A stretch of DNA of 64,000 nt from a bacterium (GTDB lineage Bacteria > Patescibacteriota > Saccharimonadia > CAILAD01 > GCA-016700035): contig JADZGC010000004.1 of the NCBI GenBank assembly GCA_020854115.1, forward strand, positions 1,665 through 65,664, read 5' to 3'. The position numbers were made by a program, and so were the translations under genes. The notes beneath the pieces were generated by a model that saw only the letters and a list, made by a program, of their open reading frames with translations, ran no database searches and was not told the DNA's origin. Of the stretch, positions 9,576 through 19,224 are shown one piece after another (position 1 is the first letter of the stretch; every line of letters begins with the position of its first letter).

Positions 9576-10832
9576 ATGAAACTAGTTATGGTTCATCGAG
9601 TGAAATATTTCTGGAGGAACCGACATCAAGGTTCGGCCGCACTGCTGACGACAATAGCGATCTCGGCTGCATTGGTAGTATTGTTTGTTGGCATTACGAC
9701 GATTACCACTCGCGAAGTCAGGCAATCGATTGCGACCGACCACTCCAATCGTGCCCTCTATGCCGCTCAAGCTGGCGTCGAAGATGCTGTGCGGCGCTTG
9801 AATGAGGATGTCGACTTTGCGAACGAAGAGAATACATGTAATGCAAGTAACAGCGGGAACGCAGTTGATGTAGGGGTCGGCACGAATGCTGCCTGGACGT
9901 GTAGAACAATATCGCTCCAGTCCTCGACTATCGAAGGACGACTTGATAAAGACCAAGCGGTGACGATCAATCTCGCCAAATCAGTAAAAAATGATGGTAC
10001 GACACCGGCTGAAGTGAAATATATGAGTATTCAGTGGAGCAAGTCGGATTTTGATACGAATAACCCGGTTGGTAGCTTAACGACTTACGATCGCTTCTTG
10101 CCGGGTACGGGTGGATGGGGTAATCGAGCGGCAGCCATTCAGGTGACAGGTGTTTGGTTTCCGAAGCCTAACCTTGCAACTGCAGAGAAGCTCATAGATG
10201 GTACTTTACCTGTCCGAAGCCTCTTGCTGTCTCCGGTTAATTCAGGTGATGCAGATGGCGTACAGGACTTCTCTAATTGGAATCAGGCCTCGAATACTAC
10301 ACTGACAGACTTGAAATCTGGGATGAGCGTCAAGTGTGTAGCAGTCGCTACGTACTCATGCTCTGCTCCAGCCAACTTTGCAGGTGCTGCGAGCACATCG
10401 AATACTTACGCATTGGAAAAAATGATGGCCGCTCCTATATCAAACGGTGACGGTACCGCTGCTGTGGTTAAATGTCAGCTCTCCCAATGTAATCTTGTTT
10501 TGCGCTTGCAGGCCAGATATGCAGCCACTCACTTCCAGATCCGCTTCTATTACGAAGATGGCAGCACATTGAGAGAGGCTCTTGTGCAGGATGGTTATGC
10601 CACGATTGATGTAACAGCACGAAGTGCAACGTATTACCGGCGAGTTGTAGCGAAAAAGAAACTTCTACCGACCGTCACTGATGGGGTGTTTGATAATGCA
10701 CTCTTCTCAGGGGGTCCGATTTGTAAGACCATGACTGTCTATAAAGACAATCGAGGTGCGCCGGATAAGGTACAGCAACCTGACGGTACTCTCATAGAAA
10801 ATGCCCGCGCCGGCTACAATAGCTGCGATTAG
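9576..10832 (+). CDS. Large minor pilin (PilX-like)
   Basis: QG|SAALLTT lacking Glu5; 'ALYAAQAGVEDA' PilX N-terminal motif; Cys-containing C-terminal domain. Confidence 0.8.
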   Translation: MKLVMVHRVKYFWRNRHQGSAALLTTIAISAALVVLFVGITTITTREVRQSIATDHSNRALYAAQAGVEDAVRRLNEDVDFANEENTCNASNSGNAVDVGVGTNAAWTCRTISLQSSTIEGRLDKDQAVTINLAKSVKNDGTTPAEVKYMSIQWSKSDFDTNNPVGSLTTYDRFLPGTGGWGNRAAAIQVTGVWFPKPNLATAEKLIDGTLPVRSLLLSPVNSGDADGVQDFSNWNQASNTTLTDLKSGMSVKCVAVATYSCSAPANFAGAASTSNTYALEKMMAAPISNGDGTAAVVKCQLSQCNLVLRLQARYAATHFQIRFYYEDGSTLREALVQDGYATIDVTARSATYYRRVVAKKKLLPTVTDGVFDNALFSGGPICKTMTVYKDNRGAPDKVQQPDGTLIENARAGYNSCD

Positions 10833-10861
10833 TACTATTGCGTAAGTGTGGCGGAAGACTC

Positions 10862-11773
10862 TCAAGCTTTATTATCTGAGTGGAATTGTTTGTGGACTTC
10901 CTTAAGCTGTGGGTTTGTGAGATGAGTGTAGACCTGGGTAGTCGCGACATTGGCATGCCCGAGCATCTCTTGGACGCTGCGTAAGTCCGCGCCGTGCGAA
11001 AGCAGGTCGGTCGCGAATGAGTGCCTGAGTGTGTGTGGTGTTACTTTCTTGGTGATGCCGGCTTTGACGCGATATTTTTCGACGATGCGCTGCACGCTGC
11101 GAGTCGTTAGCCGCATCGGAGACTTGCTGTTGCTGGTATCGGCGCCAGAATAATGAATGAAGAGCGGCTCTTCCTCGTCGGTTCGTGAGTCAAGATAGGC
11201 TTTGAGCGCGTCTTTTGCAACATCGGTGAGAAACACGGGGCGGTCTTTTTGTCCTTTTCCACGGATAGTGAATTCGCCGGACTTGAGGTTGATATTTTTG
11301 CGATTTAGACTCACCAGCTCAGATACACGTAAGCCGCCGGAGAAGAGGAGTAACATCATGGCTCGGTCGCGCTTGGAGGCTTCATTGTCGCCAATCACCA
11401 CCTCGATAAGTCGAGATACTTCCTCGGCCGTGAGAAAGGCGACTTGTGGGCGCTTGACGGTAGCAAGCTCGACTTTCTCAGGCGCTAATGAGGGGATATC
11501 GCGCTTCGCCAAGTACTTTAAGAATGTACGCATGGCGATGAGATGATAATTAATGGTCGTCAGACTCATGGTGCGCCCGTCGTCGCCAGTATGACGGTTG
11601 AGCCACTTGCGCCAGTCTGAGATGGTTTTCTGCGTAATTTTGGCAGGCTTGATATCGCCGGCAAACTCGTAGAAGCGATTGAGGTAGTGTGAATAATTTT
11701 CCATCGTCTTGAGGCTGCGGCCACGCTCTACTTCTAGGTGATCGAGGAAGTCGGCTAGATAATCACTAAACAT
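10862..11773 (-). CDS. Xer-family tyrosine recombinase (XerC/D-like)
   Basis: GLRVSEL, GKGQK, HTLRHSFAT, LGHA, TTQVYT catalytic motifs; start placed at ATG 11773 after TTGCGC-17-TATGCT. Confidence 0.92.
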   Translation of the reverse strand: MFSDYLADFLDHLEVERGRSLKTMENYSHYLNRFYEFAGDIKPAKITQKTISDWRKWLNRHTGDDGRTMSLTTINYHLIAMRTFLKYLAKRDIPSLAPEKVELATVKRPQVAFLTAEEVSRLIEVVIGDNEASKRDRAMMLLLFSGGLRVSELVSLNRKNINLKSGEFTIRGKGQKDRPVFLTDVAKDALKAYLDSRTDEEEPLFIHYSGADTSNSKSPMRLTTRSVQRIVEKYRVKAGITKKVTPHTLRHSFATDLLSHGADLRSVQEMLGHANVATTQVYTHLTNPQLKEVHKQFHSDNKA

Positions 11774-11856
11774 AGTCCGAGCATAGCGCCTATTCCAGAT
11801 AAGCGCAAGCAATATCTCGCTTGCAATTAACTGTGGACAAGCATAGAATGTGCGCG

Positions 11857-13818
11857 ATGTCTAAAACTAGCTCAAAACAACCCGAAGAACCCCATCTCTT
11901 ACCTAGGCACCTGGCCTTGCCGGTGCTGATTTTAGCTTTAATGACAGTTCCGTGGTTCTTTGGTGGGCGAGAACCGATGGGTTTATTAGTCAATAGTCTG
12001 CTTTCACTGGTACTCTTCGCATCCTGGTTGATCGTATCGCGGTATCAATCCTTGAAGGTAAGTATATATCCGCGTGCTATATTGTGGTCTCTGGTCGCGC
12101 TCTTGGCTTGGTCTGCAGTCGTACTACCACTGTCGATCTCGCGCTACACGAGTATTTTGTACCTGATACCATTCTTGCAGTCTGTCGTGGTCTTTGTAGT
12201 GGCGCGTGATGTGGTCGGAGACAAGTCTGCGCGACGGTTTATTTGGATGCTGTGGACGATGGTAGCACTGGTCGTCTTAGCGATTGGGGCGGTGATTTTT
12301 GTGACGGGTGATTATGATCGCATGACGTCGCTGTTCTATTGGGCGAACCCCTTGGCTACATATTTTATAGTCGCATTGCTAGCTTCCATTCAGCTTATGG
12401 AAGAGCACAATACCGAGCAGCAACAACGTAAGCTATGGCTGATTGCGGCCGGCCTTTTTGGTGGCGGACTTATTCTGACATATTCACGAGCTGCATGGTT
12501 GATCGTGCTGGTGGTGTTAGTGTTGATGGCTTACTCCAGAAAAGACAAAAAAGCATTGCTCACTACTCTCGCAAAAGTTGCAGTGATCGCAGCAGTGACG
12601 GCAGCAGTGCTTGTGACCGTGCGCGTGGCTTTCTTCCGTACTCCGACGATCAATGTCAGCCAGCGGGTGGCTGAGTCGACTACGTCCACCAGTGTGACGG
12701 ATCGATTTGCATACTGGCGTGAGTCGACGGCAATTTTCTCGGCACGCCCTTTGACGGGGTGGGGGATCGGTACTTTTAAGGAAATACACGCTACGTATCA
12801 AGAAGGACCGACCACTGCTGGGGATAATCCGCACTCGACGATCTTCCAGGCATTTGCTGAGCTCGGCGTCGTAGGAGCTGGCATATTCTTACTCTTTATC
12901 GGTGCGCTTGCGCGCTATGCGTATCAGATGTTGCGCGATCCAAAGGTAGAGACTTGGCGTAAGACAGCTATGCTTGCGGTGATCGCGATAGGGCTGCATA
13001 GTTTTCTTGATCTTGTTTCGAATTATCCGGTTCTGATTCTGACCCTAGCACTTTTCTTGGCGATGGCTTTACCGATAACTGAGCACGTGCATCAGATGCG
13101 AATAAAGTCTTGGCGCTTAGGCGTACCCCTAATTGCTTTTGGACTGCTCCTGACGGGCAGTGCGGTGTACACGTATTACAATTATCTTTCGGCGGTTGAT
13201 ACGGAATTTGCAAGCTTGCAGGCAGGCCTTGACCCAGATGACGCGGCAGCTCGCTATGTCGATGTATTTACGCGTCCAGTTTATGATCCAAATTATTTAT
13301 CTGACGCAGCACTCTTGCAGGTCAGTCGCTACCTTACAGAAGAATCTGCACCGGTTTCTCTCCTAGAAGACGGTGAGCGGTACGCCCGACTTGGCATAAG
13401 TCGTGAGCCCTATGATGAGAAACATCATTTCGCACTCGCGCAGATACTTGAGAACCAAGGCAAGACCACTGAGGCCTTGAAGGAATACCAGCGTACACTC
13501 GAGCTTGATCCATACAACTATCCGCCATATCAGGCTGCCTATGCGAAGCTTTTGCGACGCGAGGGATATGTCGATGAAGCGATCGAGGTCTTGCTGCCGG
13601 TCGAGCGCGCATATACCGATGAAGTGATTGCGAATCGGGCACCATTCGGCCTGAAGTCTCAAGTGGCAGCGGCTGAAGTGCTGTTGACGGATCTCTATAT
13701 TGAGCGAGGTAAACTGGATAATGCCGCATACTCATTTGGGCGAGTCAAAGCTCTCGTACCACAGGACGATCCAGTGGTTAATCTACTGCAGACGAAGCTC
13801 GACGCAGCCAAAAAATAG
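11857..13818 (+). CDS. O-antigen ligase (Wzy_C) family membrane protein with C-terminal TPR repeats
   Basis: Multiple TM helices; LTYSRAAW, R..YW, PLTGWGIGTF, NPHS...AELGVVG motifs; TPR-like tail. Confidence 0.85.
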   Translation: MSKTSSKQPEEPHLLPRHLALPVLILALMTVPWFFGGREPMGLLVNSLLSLVLFASWLIVSRYQSLKVSIYPRAILWSLVALLAWSAVVLPLSISRYTSILYLIPFLQSVVVFVVARDVVGDKSARRFIWMLWTMVALVVLAIGAVIFVTGDYDRMTSLFYWANPLATYFIVALLASIQLMEEHNTEQQQRKLWLIAAGLFGGGLILTYSRAAWLIVLVVLVLMAYSRKDKKALLTTLAKVAVIAAVTAAVLVTVRVAFFRTPTINVSQRVAESTTSTSVTDRFAYWRESTAIFSARPLTGWGIGTFKEIHATYQEGPTTAGDNPHSTIFQAFAELGVVGAGIFLLFIGALARYAYQMLRDPKVETWRKTAMLAVIAIGLHSFLDLVSNYPVLILTLALFLAMALPITEHVHQMRIKSWRLGVPLIAFGLLLTGSAVYTYYNYLSAVDTEFASLQAGLDPDDAAARYVDVFTRPVYDPNYLSDAALLQVSRYLTEESAPVSLLEDGERYARLGISREPYDEKHHFALAQILENQGKTTEALKEYQRTLELDPYNYPPYQAAYAKLLRREGYVDEAIEVLLPVERAYTDEVIANRAPFGLKSQVAAAEVLLTDLYIERGKLDNAAYSFGRVKALVPQDDPVVNLLQTKLDAAKK

Positions 13819-13892
13819 AGGGCGTACAGAGCTTGTCTTAAGTAGTAACATTCGCCCCAGCATCTGTGAAGCTGGTACAATAGCCTCTAGCA

Positions 13893-14528
13893 ATGAGTAT
13901 TTCGGCCCAGCTTCTTGATCTCGCAGTCCACACGATTAACTCGGTAGGGTACCTCGGTATTGGGCTTATATTATTCGTCGTAAATATAGGAGTGCCTATT
14001 CCTTCCGAGGCAGTACTAATTTTGGCTGGCGCGGTGGTGCACGCCGGTACTTTGCAGCTTTGGGTGATCTTGATGATTGGGGTCTTTGTACAGACAGCGG
14101 GGTGTATTGTTGCGTATAGGATAGGACAATACGGCGGGGCACCATTTGTGAAGCGTTACGGTAAATATTTGCTAATTTCTCACGAGGATTATGCAAAAAC
14201 CCAACGCTGGTTTGCGAAGCATGGCTCGCGAGCGATCTTTATCTCGTTGCTAACCCCTGTCGTCAGGGCTTTTATTGGCATAGTTGCTGGTACGAATAAG
14301 GTGGACTTCAAGAAGTTCGTCATACAATGTCTGCTTGGTTCGACGATATGGACCGTGTTGTGGGTCGCCATTGGCTGGTTTCTTGGGGATAGCTGGCGTG
14401 CATATTATGACTATATGCATTATGTGGATTATGCGGTTATCTTGCTGGTGGTATTTTTCGCTGTACGTTTCATCTGGAAGAAAATGCGGATTGCACCACA
14501 GCAGGCTGGGCGAGGTAAGCGGCCGTAG
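13893..14528 (+). CDS. DedA family membrane protein
   Basis: GVPIPSEAVLILAG, WFAKHG, PVVRAFI..AG motifs. Confidence 0.9.
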   Translation: MSISAQLLDLAVHTINSVGYLGIGLILFVVNIGVPIPSEAVLILAGAVVHAGTLQLWVILMIGVFVQTAGCIVAYRIGQYGGAPFVKRYGKYLLISHEDYAKTQRWFAKHGSRAIFISLLTPVVRAFIGIVAGTNKVDFKKFVIQCLLGSTIWTVLWVAIGWFLGDSWRAYYDYMHYVDYAVILLVVFFAVRFIWKKMRIAPQQAGRGKRP

Positions 14529-14530
14529 TG

Positions 14531-15814
14531 ATGTCACATGATTTGATAGCCAAGTTGCCTAACGACCTTCGCCTGATTGCACGTCGTATGACCGATGCGG
14601 ACAGTGTGACGGTGCATGTTTCTGTGGGGGCTGGGGCTCGACACGAAGATATGGAGCACGAGTATGGCGTATCGCATTTTCTCGAGCATTTGCTCTTCCG
14701 CGGTAGTCAGCGCTATCCGTTGCCAAAAGACATTTATGCTGCGATTGATGGTGTTGGTGGACATCATAACGCCTATACGACTCACGAACTCACGACCTTC
14801 TTTATCAAGGTACCAAAGGATTCTCTCACGACAGCGCTCGATGTGTTGGCAGATCTCGTGCAGCGACCGCTCTTTGATCCGCGCGAGATAGATCGCGAGC
14901 GTGGTGTGATCTTGGAGGAAATGAATGTCTATCGAGACGATCCATCACAGCACGTATTTGACTATGTGGGCGGCCTACTTTGGCCACAGAACGGCTTGCG
15001 ATCGGATATCCTTGGAAGTGAAGATATTATCCGTTCATTACCGCCAGAGTTGATTAAGAATTACCACACAGGTACATACACCCCCGATAATGTCGTGGTC
15101 TCGGTGGCTGGAAATGTGAAGACAGACATTCTCCATAGCCTAGTGGAGCAGAAGTTTGGTGGCTGGCAGGGGGCATATGGCCATAGGCGCGATCAAGGTT
15201 CATCGATCATAGCGCCAGAGAGGATGCATATCTTCCAGCGTGATACAAATCAGGTGCATGTCGTGTTTGCGGCGCGCGGGGTGCCATTGCGACACCCAGA
15301 TGAAGCGGCGCTAAAAGTTCTGACGGCGATACTCGGCCGTGGCTCGTCATCTCGACTGTATGCAAATATCCGCGAACAACGAGGCCTGGCGTATGTCGTC
15401 GATATGCGCTCGGTGGGGTACACCGACACGGGTGAGTGGACCATTTATGCGGGTGTGCGTTCCGATAGCCTCGAGGAAGTAGTCGAGGCAGTGATGCGAG
15501 AGCTGCGTGCCATTCGTGAGCAAGGAGTGAAAACAGAGGAGCTTGATCGTACGAAGCAACTGTTGCGGGGGCGCGTCATTATGGGGCAAGAAACCAATGC
15601 TGCAGTAGCGGATCGATTGGGCTCTGAGTTATTATTGACGGGATCGGTGCGGACGATGGATGAGATGATTGACGCGATTATGCGGGTTACAGCCGATGAC
15701 GTGTTGCGGGTCGCTCAGCGCTATCTCGATCCGTCGGCGATTCGTTTGTCTATCATTGCGTCAGTAAGTGATGAGTCACAGCGTCGCATCGAACAGATCA
15801 TTAATGAAGTGTGA
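14531..15814 (+). CDS. M16 family zinc peptidase
   Basis: HFLEH inverted zinc motif, NAYT, ERGVILEE, SSRLY..IRE.RGLAY. Confidence 0.92.
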   Translation: MSHDLIAKLPNDLRLIARRMTDADSVTVHVSVGAGARHEDMEHEYGVSHFLEHLLFRGSQRYPLPKDIYAAIDGVGGHHNAYTTHELTTFFIKVPKDSLTTALDVLADLVQRPLFDPREIDRERGVILEEMNVYRDDPSQHVFDYVGGLLWPQNGLRSDILGSEDIIRSLPPELIKNYHTGTYTPDNVVVSVAGNVKTDILHSLVEQKFGGWQGAYGHRRDQGSSIIAPERMHIFQRDTNQVHVVFAARGVPLRHPDEAALKVLTAILGRGSSSRLYANIREQRGLAYVVDMRSVGYTDTGEWTIYAGVRSDSLEEVVEAVMRELRAIREQGVKTEELDRTKQLLRGRVIMGQETNAAVADRLGSELLLTGSVRTMDEMIDAIMRVTADDVLRVAQRYLDPSAIRLSIIASVSDESQRRIEQIINEV

Positions 15815-15824
15815 GGAAATATGT

Positions 15825-16481
15825 ATGAGTGATCGAAAGCCATTAAATGAACAGGTGTTGGTATTACTGGGGCCAGATGCAAAAAAACTCCAGGCTTTGC
15901 GCAACGAACGGACACTCGTCTTGATTAAGCCCGATGCGGTGAAGCGCCAAATTGTCGGCGAGCTAATCACACGCTTTGAGCGCAAGGGATTGAAGCTAGC
16001 CGGCATGAAATTAGTGCAGCCGACTGACGCTACGGCCGGCCAACACTACACTGATAGCGAGCAGTGGCTCAAGGATAGCGGCGAAAGAACCTACAATTCA
16101 TATCTAGACAAGGGTATCGAGCCGCCGATGTCGGCACGCGAGTTGGCCCTGAATACACGCCGCAAATTGATGGAAGGGCTACAAGCTGGGCCGGTGGTGG
16201 CCTTGGTGTTGCAAGGTGCTCATGTTATTGAGATCGTGCGCAAGATGCGCGGTGCGACCAGTCCGCAAGTTGCTGACGTGGGGACGATCGGGTTTGACTA
16301 ATCGGTTGATTCGTATGAGTTGGCCGATGCTGGCGATTGGCCGATTCGCAATGTGATTCACGCTAGTGATAGCGCCGAGAATGCTGAGCGCGAGATTAAG
16401 ATCTGGTTTAAGCTAGGCGAACTGGTTGATTATACGAGCGGGATCGAGCAGATTCTCTATTCTAAAGAGTGGGATAAGTAA
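15825..16481 (+). pseudogene. ndk: Nucleoside-diphosphate kinase interrupted by in-frame TAA at 16299-16301 (nonsense mutation, readthrough or sequence error)
   Basis: ERTLVLIKPDAV N-terminal motif; the frame continues after the stop as [36 protein letters not shown]..., including the catalytic His. Confidence 0.85.
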
Positions 16482-16493
16482 AACAGAATCAAG

Positions 16494-16569
16494 TGGCGTC
16501 CCCGGAGAGATTCGAACTCCCGACGCCCTCCTTAGGACGGAGGCGCTCTATCCACTGAGCTACGGGGAC
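16494..16569 (-). tRNA. tRNA-Arg(CCT)
   Basis: Cloverleaf GTCCCCG...CGGGGAC-GCCA; anticodon arm CCTCC-GTCCTAA-GGAGG. Confidence 0.93.
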
Positions 16570-16663
16570 ATATACTAAAGGGCGCACCCATTATATCAGG
16601 CGTTTCAGATATGCGCGAACCGAAAGGCTTTATTCTTCAGGTGCTGCCTGGTAGCATAAGCGT

Positions 16664-17209
16664 ATGACCAAGCGTGATCGCGTGATTGAGCGGGCTGCTC
16701 AACATGATGTCGATGATGGCCACGAGCCGGACGTGATTTTCGTAGAGCGGCAGTTTCCGATTGTGTTGCGAATACCGTTGATAGTGGGATTATTGATTGT
16801 CCTGGTAGGGCTCGTGCCTTGGTCGATTGCTACAGCGAATGCATATTCGTGGCAGCCACTCACCATCCAATGGCTAATCATGTGGTCAGTGGTTTTGCTT
16901 GGCTATTGGAGCTACCATTTTGCAAGCTGGTATTTTACGGTCCTGATTCTCACTGAAGAAGAATTGACCTTCATTAAACAGAAGGGGTTCTTCCGTCGAT
17001 CTGTCGAAAGTCTGACGCTCAATAACATACAGAGTGTGAACTACACCATCCCTGGCTTGCAGGGTGCAATCTTCCGGTTTGGCAATCTGTCAGTTCAGAC
17101 ACTATCTGGAAGTGGGCATATGATCATCAAGTCGCTATATAAGCCAGCGCGCTTACAGGCTGAAATTCTCGAGGCAGTACAGGAATATGGTTCGACAGAT
17201 GTGGATTAG
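16664..17209 (+). CDS. Membrane protein with bacterial PH-like domain
   Basis: Two TM helices then 'QKGFF...L.NIQSV....G..GAIFRFGNL.VQT' pattern. Confidence 0.75.
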   Translation: MTKRDRVIERAAQHDVDDGHEPDVIFVERQFPIVLRIPLIVGLLIVLVGLVPWSIATANAYSWQPLTIQWLIMWSVVLLGYWSYHFASWYFTVLILTEEELTFIKQKGFFRRSVESLTLNNIQSVNYTIPGLQGAIFRFGNLSVQTLSGSGHMIIKSLYKPARLQAEILEAVQEYGSTDVD

Positions 17210-17385
17210 ATGGTGTATGATGCACAGGATAATAGTGTAACCTAACGGGGAGTGATATGGCCGACTAAGATAAGGAATCGAAGAAATCCGCCCGCAAAAC
17301 AGCGGCGAAAAAAACTAAAGACAGCAAGGCGTCAAAAAGGGTAACCAAGAAGCAGTCAGCAAAAGAAAAAGTACTTGCTGCAGTT

Positions 17386-18372
17386 GTGGCTGATGATACT
17401 AAGAAAAACGAAACAGTGAAGAAAAAAAGTGCGTTTCGTGCTCGTCTCCAGAAGCTTGGCGTAAAGACCGGTACCAACCGCCGCCTGATCGTCGTCTCTG
17501 CATCGGCAGCTTTGGCAGCTCTACTTATTACTATCACGGTATTCGGCGTGCTTATTTATAAGATGAAGCGCGATGATCGAGCGACCGAAATCGTCGCAAA
17601 TATCATTCCATATCCAGTCCTGAGTGTGAACGGTAACGTTCTCTGGAATGCCGAGACATACGGAACGTATCTCTTCGAGATGCGCAGTATCAAGAAGTTT
17701 TACGAATCGCAGCAAGAAGATCTCTCAAGCGAAGAAGGCAAGAAGCGCCTGGCGGATCTGAAGGAGCAGTTGTTTGGTCAGTTAATTGATCAGCAGATCA
17801 TTGCTCAGGAGGCTGCGAAGGAACGCATTACGGTTACGAGCAAAGAAGTAGAAGAGGAATTCAAGAAGCTTTCCGAAAGCGCTGGTGGCGATGATAAGGT
17901 GAAAGAAACCCTTCAGAAGCTGTATGGCTGGACGGTTGATGATTTCAAGAAAAAGATTAAGTTTAATTTAATACAAAAGAAACTCGCGGATAAGATCACA
18001 AATGATCCTGCGCGTAACGGCGTTGCAAAAAGTAAGGCTGACGATGTGCTGAATCAACTGAAAAACGGTGGCGACTTCGCGGAACTGGCTAAGAAATACA
18101 GTGAAGATACGTCGGCATCGAGTGGTGGTGACCTTGGGTTTATTGCTAAGGGTCAGACAGTCAAGGAATTCGAAGATGCAGCATTTGCACTCGAGGTCGG
18201 TCAGGTGAGCGGAGTAGTTAAGACTCAGTTCGGGTATCACATTATCAAGTCGCTCGAGAAGAAGGATGATCAAGTCAAGGTATCACACATCTTGATTAAG
18301 GGGGTTGATCTCGAGACTTGGTTGCAAGAGCAACGCGATAAAGCAAAGGTAGTTCGTTACTTCACGCCATAA
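17386..18372 (+). CDS. PrsA/SurA-like parvulin peptidyl-prolyl isomerase (an upstream in-frame ATG at 17257 is separated by a TAA)
   Basis: FAELAKKYSED, GGDLG, EFEDAAF, TQFGYHII; N-terminal TM anchor. Confidence 0.9.
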   Translation: MADDTKKNETVKKKSAFRARLQKLGVKTGTNRRLIVVSASAALAALLITITVFGVLIYKMKRDDRATEIVANIIPYPVLSVNGNVLWNAETYGTYLFEMRSIKKFYESQQEDLSSEEGKKRLADLKEQLFGQLIDQQIIAQEAAKERITVTSKEVEEEFKKLSESAGGDDKVKETLQKLYGWTVDDFKKKIKFNLIQKKLADKITNDPARNGVAKSKADDVLNQLKNGGDFAELAKKYSEDTSASSGGDLGFIAKGQTVKEFEDAAFALEVGQVSGVVKTQFGYHIIKSLEKKDDQVKVSHILIKGVDLETWLQEQRDKAKVVRYFTP

Positions 18373-18393
18373 TTTTGAGCTAGGAGGGTCGTT

Positions 18394-19224
18394 GTGGAAA
18401 CACCACAAGCATCAGGGGGACAACATCAATCGCATGATATTCCTTCGGGCGGGAATCCTCCCGATACTCATGGAGTGCATGACGGGCCTCACTCGCGGGC
18501 CGAAGTAGGTAGTAGTCATTCGGAGCCTGGACGTGCAAGCCTCGAGCCTACGGAAGCATTTCGCCAAGAGTTGCGTCAGAATCAACCTGCGCCCAAGCAT
18601 GTAGCACACGAAACACAATCACACCTTTTGACACCTGCTGATAGCCTACCAAAGCAGCCGACAGATAGCGGCCTTCAGCTCGGACAAAAAATCGGACCCA
18701 ATGGTCAGCCAATCGCAGAGGTAGTTGATCCGAGTGATGTCCCGCCACCACCCTCGGGGCGTTGGCAAACTTTTTGGTATGCATTAAGCGTCTTAAGTCT
18801 TGGCATTTTGTTTACTTCTACGAGTGTTGTGACGAGCTCTGGTACGCTCCAAAAATTACTGTTAGGTCTGCAAAACAACCCTGAAGATGTACTATTTGGT
18901 GCAAGATTGGATATTATCTTAGCAAATTCATTACTCGGGGCATTTATCGTTTGTTTGCCACTGTTTATTCTGTCGACAATCAAAGTAGATCGTTATCGAC
19001 AGTCGCACGTCGATATGCCAACAACGTCGCTCAAAAAGATCTCATATATCTTCATGGTTCTGTCGGTGCTGGTGATGATTGGTCAGATCAGTACCGCAAT
19101 CTTCCAGGCGCTCAACTATACATTTAGCACTATCAATATTGTCCCTGTCTTTGTGGATATTTGTTTTGTGGCAATCTATTTCTTTTGGCTCTATACATCA
19201 GTTGCGGAGGACAGACTACAATGA
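18394..19224 (+). CDS. Hypothetical membrane protein with disordered N-terminus and four TM helices (DUF5671-like)
   Basis: SD GGAGG before GTG; hydrophobic C-terminal half; family call from recalled resemblance only. Confidence 0.55.
   Translation: METPQASGGQHQSHDIPSGGNPPDTHGVHDGPHSRAEVGSSHSEPGRASLEPTEAFRQELRQNQPAPKHVAHETQSHLLTPADSLPKQPTDSGLQLGQKIGPNGQPIAEVVDPSDVPPPPSGRWQTFWYALSVLSLGILFTSTSVVTSSGTLQKLLLGLQNNPEDVLFGARLDIILANSLLGAFIVCLPLFILSTIKVDRYRQSHVDMPTTSLKKISYIFMVLSVLVMIGQISTAIFQALNYTFSTINIVPVFVDICFVAIYFFWLYTSVAEDRLQ

Noticed and set aside
10862-11773. Xer recombinase beside the pilins as a shufflon or phase-variation invertase
   Set aside because: All pilins are complete and co-oriented, no repeated crossover sites were found, and the protein looks like a housekeeping XerC/D
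16299-17268. Genome-wide stop-codon reassignment
   Set aside because: TAA, TAG and TGA all end conserved genes at their expected C-termini here; only the two local cases are reported
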